DNA of 64,000 nucleotides from Amphiscolops sp. MND2022 (Eukaryota): assembly GCA_964187785.1 (NCBI GenBank), contig OZ076412.1, positions 64,728,001 to 64,792,000 on the forward strand, in the 5' to 3' direction. This document shows positions 58,217 to 64,000 of this stretch, piece after piece. Both the position numbers and the translations under genes were made by a program. A model generated the notes under the pieces. That model searched no databases. It was not told the DNA's origin and was given only the letters and a program-made list of their open reading frames with translations. How positions within the stretch are numbered: position 1 is the stretch's first letter; every line of letters starts with the position of its first letter.

Positions 58217-61200
58217 ATGCTATTCGCACCGATGGATTTTCAAAACCTCACGTTGGACGCACTAATCGACTCAGGTGCATTAGTAAACTACATCTCAGAA
58301 GCAGACTACCGGAAAATCTACCAGATGTCCCCCAAAGACATCGTTAAAGAAATGGAGCCACCACCCTTCAAACTCCAAGTCGCAAATGGCGATATCGAAG
58401 CTCCAACCAAAACAATACTCCTCCAATTCGAAATTGGAGATTGGAATATCAAAGAGACGTTTATCGTCGCTCAGAGGCTCACCGGACACATACTCGGCCT
58501 AACATTTCTGAAAAACAACAGTGCTATACTAGACGTGAGCCAAGGACTTTTACACTTCCCTCATCTTACATACTCAATCGCCACAGATGAGAATATCAGA
58601 AACCGGAAATTGTACACAGTCCATACCAAAACTCCTATAACAATACCTCCAGAAACAACTCAAACAATCACCGTCCACACAGATGTATCATCGAACATCG
58701 ATACCACAGGGGTTATCAATCCGGCCATCAACCACTGCAGCGGAAACACACTAGTTGTGGCTGGCTCTATTTCCACAGCAGCTGGCCGTAAACTGGACAT
58801 CCGGTTAACAAACACCGCCCATACCCCTTACACGATAAAGAAAAACACAACTGTTGCCGAATTCAAGATTATGTCACCTGAAGATGCGAAAGAATTGAAA
58901 CGGCTAAATACCGCAGCACTCCAAGTACTGACCGAGGATGACTCAGAGGACGCGGTCATTTACATAAATGAACTCCTAAATACGGCAGATAGCCCGTCCC
59001 CAAACCAAAATTTCTGGTTCCCCACACCAGATAACACCGGGGACCCAACTACTCATACCCCCATACAAAGCAGAATACTGAGGGAAATCCAGGAACTAGA
59101 GGAGATCCAAAAACTGGACCCCACCGCCGGTCCCGAGGACCGCGAAGCATTCCTTAAACACTTCAACTGGAAAGATTCCCAATTTACACCGGAAGATCAA
59201 AGATACATTGAACAAATTTTTGTTGAATTCAAGGACATATTCGCCAGACACAGGCTAGACATCGGCATCAACCACGAATTCAAAATCAAATTAACCCCGA
59301 AGACAGAAGAACCGGCCTATTCACAGAGCCTGCCCTGCCCTATCAATTTAAAAGAGGATTTGACTTCGGAATCATAACAACCCTTCCATTCAGCAAGTAT
59401 GCCTGCCCAATCTTCGCTCAACGCAAACCAAACGGCAGACTACGCCTGCTAGTAGACCTCAGAAAAATCAATAATTTGATATCCGATGATTATAACAACA
59501 ACAATCATCCGGTCAGCACGCTGACAGACGCAGCTCAGCACCTTGCTGGCAAGAAGTTGTTCTGCAAGCTTGACTGCTCGCAAGCCTACCACGTACTGCA
59601 AATGGCAGATCAGAAGTCAGTTCAACTTCTTGCTTTCAACTTCGCCAGCAGGACGTTTGCTTACCTTAGACTGGCCCAACGACTGAGCCGTTCACTGTCA
59701 TCCTTCTCCAGCTTCATGAGGTAATACTTGAACAAGGCCATAGAGGCGGATAAATGCGCACAGTATTTCGATGACATTGGGATAGCTACAAACACTCCCG
59801 AGGAGCTGAAAAGTAATTTGAGAGAGGTTCTCCAATGCATCCGCACAGCAGGACTCCGGCTTACAACGGCCAAATGCCAGTTCGGTGCCAAGGAATTTGT
59901 ATTCCTTGGACGGACGATTTCCCCAGCAGGCGTGTTACCCCAGAGCCACAAGATCGAAAAATATCTACAAACCCTCAAATTCCCACGAACCAAGAAGGGA
60001 CTTCAAAGAAACATCGGGTTTGTACACTACTATCGAAATTACATCCCCTGCTTGTCAGAGAAAATCGCCCCTTTTCACGAACTCATAAAGTCCGATAAAC
60101 CAGCCAAAATTAACCAAGAGCTAATAAACAACTTCGAGGCCATCAACAAGTCGCTTGATAATTCCTGCGGACTCTGGCTCAAACCGCCGCTGCCAAACCG
60201 GGGCAGTATGTGGTAATGACCGATGCCAACTTCAGGAACGCAGGTTATGCCCTAATGACTGAAGAAGACCCAGAACGAAAGATAACATCCACCAAGAAGA
60301 CGTACGCCCCAGTGGCCTTTGGCTCCAAAACTTTCTCCCCATCACAATTGAAAGTGTCAGTTTATGCCAAAGAGTTTTTGGCAATTTACTTCACCTTCTT
60401 CATGGAGTACAGCCACATTGTGTGGGCTTGCACCAAGCCCACACTCGTCTTGACGGATAACAAATTAGTCACCAAGTTTTTTCAAACCAGAATGATCCCA
60501 CCTTCACTCTGGAACGCCTGCAACTTCGTATTGCAGTTCCATTTGGAAATAGCTCACGTCCCAGGAAGAATGAACACGGCGGCTGACTTCCTCTCCCGTC
60601 TGGAGATCAAACCGAAAGACAAGGTTTCCGAGACAAGGTAACACATCCGAGAACACATATAAACGACGCAAATACAGGTCAACATCCAATCATCCGACAT
60701 ACAAGAAGAAGATCAATTCTACTTCCTGCCAGAAGACGATTCTGAAATTGAAGAAGACATCTGGGAACGGAAACAGAAAGCCAGGAAGAACATATACACA
60801 CCCCCAGGTGAACGAGCAGAAATGACGAACGACTCGCCCTGGACGAATTTTCAAACGGAGAACCTACCACTGGTATGTAACAACATGCAAGACCAAGACA
60901 GCGACCAAAGACGCCAAATCCACGATGACAACAATTTCCCACGTAGCCCCAGATCACATCAAGACCAGGACCCCATCCTCAGAAACATCAAACTTAAAAT
61001 CCTAAAAGAGCCCTACGACAATCAACTCCAAAACGAGGATAGTAGAGCAGCGAAGTACCTTGCCCAGGAAGACCGCATCATCATCAAGGATAGGCTCCTA
61101 TACCGACACAATGTTGGAGACACCGGCAAAGTAAAATATCTCCAAGTCCTACCCAAACAACTAGTAGACGAGTTCATCAAACACCAACATGGGCTGTTCG

Positions 61201-62731
61201 TCAGAGACCCAGGAATCGCTAAAGTAATTCAACAGTGCCGTGAACGATACTACTACCCAGGACTCGCACTTAAAATATGCCAACACATATCACAGTGCCA
61301 GGAGTGCTTACAGACAAAGCGCACGCCAAACAGCACAATCACCCCACCTTTAATCGATATGTCACTAATAGCAATGGGACCAGAAGACGCCATGCAAGTG
61401 GACATCGTACCATTCGACGATCCATCAGGAGGATACAATGCCATCATCACCACCAAGGATGTCTTCTGGCGATATCTTTTCGCATACAACGTTTCCGCGT
61501 CGACACAAAAACAATGGCCCGTGTGCTAGTTGATTTCATCACCCGACATTGCTATCTACCAACAACCATCATTACTGACAAAGGCTCTCAATTCATCTCC
61601 GAGGCAATGAAACAAACAACTGGCGTTTTGGGAATCCAACTAAAACACGCCACAACCAAGCACGCCCAGAGGATAGGCAATCTAGAAAGATCTCATTACT
61701 TGCTCAAAGAAAGCCTCAAGATTATGACATGAGAACGAAGAATAATGTGGCACCAACTTTCACCGATGGCGGTGTTAAACTACAACACGTCATACCACTC
61801 ATCACTAGGGTGCGAACCGAGCAGGGTAGTTTTCCATGGCAGAGTACCCTATGATGTACTTGACCTCAAGTACGGACTTAAACGCTCACCCGAAGCACCA
61901 ACCAACAATGAAATTGCTGAAGGAATCCTTCGCCAGACAAAAAAATTGTCAATCAAGTCAAACAGTCCCTGACGCAATATTTACGTCTGTCATAAGCACT
62001 ATTATGACCAGAAAGCATCAGCAAACCCCCTGGTAGCAAACGACTACTGCTATGCATTGCATCCAAAGGCGCATAGCCAAACGACAAAGTTGCCGTTTAG
62101 GGACTACTTTGGATGGGGCCATATATCGTGGTCAAAACTCTATCAAACAACAACTACCTAATCCGAAAACTCCAAACAAACCTCACACAGATTTTACATA
62201 GAATCAGGCTCCGACCATTTACAAGTTCCCACAAACTGCCTGATATCTCAAAACCCCACAAGGATTTCCAACGGGACAGTGAAGTTGCCATACAACATGA
62301 CGATCTATTAGCATTAGTTTGGCAGAAAACTACCAACCGCCCATGACCCCCCTAACGAAGTCAACCAACCCGAACTCAATGTCCCACACCCTGAACCGGG
62401 AGAAAACCACCTGCCAACATCCCCAGAATCCCCGACCTCCGACCTAATACAAGAACCCCAGGATGTAATTGGTGACGGAGATACCCAAGAAGATAGCCCT
62501 AACCTAAATAACGCACCCGAACTTGAAGATGATAAACAAACACTAATTCCCCCGGAAATCAAAGTACAATCTCCGACGAAATCTGACTTCAAATTGGAAG
62601 CCGGACTTCGCATACTACAACGCTTTAGAAGCCAATCCAGCAAATTCGATAAACTCAACCAACGGAACAAACGACTGCCCAGAAATACAAATTATTAAAT
62701 CCCCAGGCACTGACCCAGACGGCAATCCTAA
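58217..62731 (+). pseudogene. pol: Element B pol (PR, dUTPase-like spacer, RT, RNase H, IN), disrupted
   Basis: PR reads LDALIDSGALVN. RT contains KLDCSQAYH and AQYFDDIG. RNase H contains MTDANF, YAKEFLAI and TDNK. IN contains MQVDIVP, TDKGSQF and GNLERSH. There are frameshifts and a small deletion at ~59365. Confidence 0.95.
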
Positions 62732-63036
62732 AACTTAATTTCAAATCTCTTCAATCTACAATGGCTCTCTCACACTCTTTTACTCCACATCTCGGATTAA
62801 AACAATACAGAGGCTAAATACTAAATTGACTGACCCAGTGGATCATTGAGATGCCTCGAATTTTTTCTCTTGCTCCATACTACCAGGGCATGCCAATTTT
62901 TTCCTTTTCTTTTTCTACTGATGGAACCGATACACGGAACCGAGATACATAAAAGAACAAATAATAATTCATCAGAAACAACGATACAATGTACAAAGAG
63001 AAGTTCATCATCAAAGTTCAAGAGAAGCAATTGCAG

Positions 63037-64000
63037 TTAACACGATTTCTCCTGACGCTGGGACTTCTTACTCGCCCTTTTGGACTGCGAAGATGTAACT
63101 GAACTGGAAGCTCCTGCCCCAGGAACAACAACAGAAGGCACTGTTTTCGAAGTTGACGCAGCACTGGTCATCCGCCCTCCCGAACCAGACGACATCCGAG
63201 CTCTCCAATCCTCCTCCTGCCCGGAATAATATTCCGTGTAACACCGGAACAAGCTGGCATAGATATCGGCACTGGCATGACGACTCTCCCCGACGAAAGG
63301 ATCGAACTCATGACGGGACAAGAACTGATGACCCACAGGTAAAAAAAAGTTCCAATTCCTCCTGACACTCTACTGTTAACAGATCATTGGGCACAAACTT
63401 TGACTGAAGCACGAAAAACTGAACACAACCAATGCCAGATCGCATAACTGCAGGAGAAAGGTGAGTGCCACTAACGGAAATATCGACCTCAGGCATGTCT
63501 TCTGGGGCCGGGCACACGATCACACGTACCAAACGAATCACCCTCTTCGCATGGGTACGACACTGGTAACTATCTTCCCCATTCAAAGACTGGAAAACAT
63601 CACTGATCTGGGTATAATCAACAGGCAGTCGTCTGAAATCAACAATCAGAGACTTAAATTCGTTAACAGCAGACTCACGATCCACACCACCCAGATAGAC
63701 AGCATCGTGCAAACAAGAACTTAGATCCTGAAACAACTCTGCCACATAATCGGCATCTCCTGCTACGAGCATTTCAATACTCAGACAGCTGAGAGATCTA
63801 GCAATGCGCGACTTGATGAAGGAAGAGGAGCCGAGCAGTTTTAACAGTTTCAACAGATAGGCATGACACTATGACACTCGCGCAGAAACGAACAACGGGG
63901 ACTGTCCTCAAATCCTAGTAGCGCCTTCATGATACTGGGCTCACTCTGAAGACACTCAGCTGCTGTTACACTAGCCCAACTATTCAGAGGCATGTCGATA
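63037..64000 (-). pseudogene. Antisense accessory gene of element B (3' exon), homologous to 17863-18875 of element A
   Basis: ORFs 63308-63853 and 63037-63336 are joined by a homopolymer frameshift near 63345. The frame extends open to the window end once an 8-bp duplication (63863-63878) is removed. It aligns to the element A product (see findings). Confidence 0.8.

Larger units (their letters stand above)
54626..64000 (+). mobile_element. Ty3/gypsy LTR retrotransposon 'B' (same broad clade as A), truncated by the window end
   Basis: PBS TGGTGACAGGAG at 55747. gag, PR, RT (YFDD), RNase H and IN are colinear and homologous with element A. An antisense accessory ORF follows pol. The left boundary is inferred from where homology to the element C LTR stops. 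The 3' LTR and TSD are outside the window. Confidence 0.9.

Noticed and set aside
1-64000. Prokaryotic-style system (CRISPR array, defence island, DGR or retron)
   Set aside because: There are no regularly spaced repeat-spacer arrays and no operon-like gene packing. All RT motifs sit in LTR-retrotransposon pol context, and spliceosomal-type introns are present.
1-64000. Species assignment (the element style reminds me of acoel flatworm assemblies)
   Set aside because: This is an unverified impression only. No host gene or marker is present to support it, and a BLAST search would be needed.

Overview
This is AT-rich eukaryotic (animal-type) DNA made up almost entirely of layered transposable elements. 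Roughly 70% of the window is assignable to TEs, and I can support no host gene, rRNA, CRISPR array or prokaryotic system. Left to right: an IS630-Tc1-mariner transposase relic; an old BEL/Pao LTR element (5019-10088, TSD CTCTT) with a TA-flanked MITE in its 5' LTR; a 14.4-kb Ty3/gypsy element 'A' (10880-25267, minus strand, ~1.4-kb LTRs); an LTR-like stretch; a ~970-bp tandem duplication; a young Mag-like gypsy element (34654-40795, identical 195-bp LTRs, TSD AAGTC) inserted beside or into an older gypsy pol relic; a 2.9-kb CACTA/EnSpm-like non-autonomous element carrying a long palindrome; a decayed Mag-like element 'C' with a MITE in its 3' LTR; and gypsy element 'B' (from ~54626 off the window end). 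The main finding concerns gypsy elements A and B, two clearly diverged families. Both carry a homologous ANTISENSE gene just downstream of pol. In A it has short GT-AG introns that join reading frames, and its C-terminal part resembles the helical C-terminal region of hAT transposases without the catalytic ER.FS motif. Element A also has a second, divergently arranged accessory ORF with a CxxC motif that runs into the 3' LTR. Both A and B start gag deep inside the LTR. All alignments and identities were made by eye; no searches were run.
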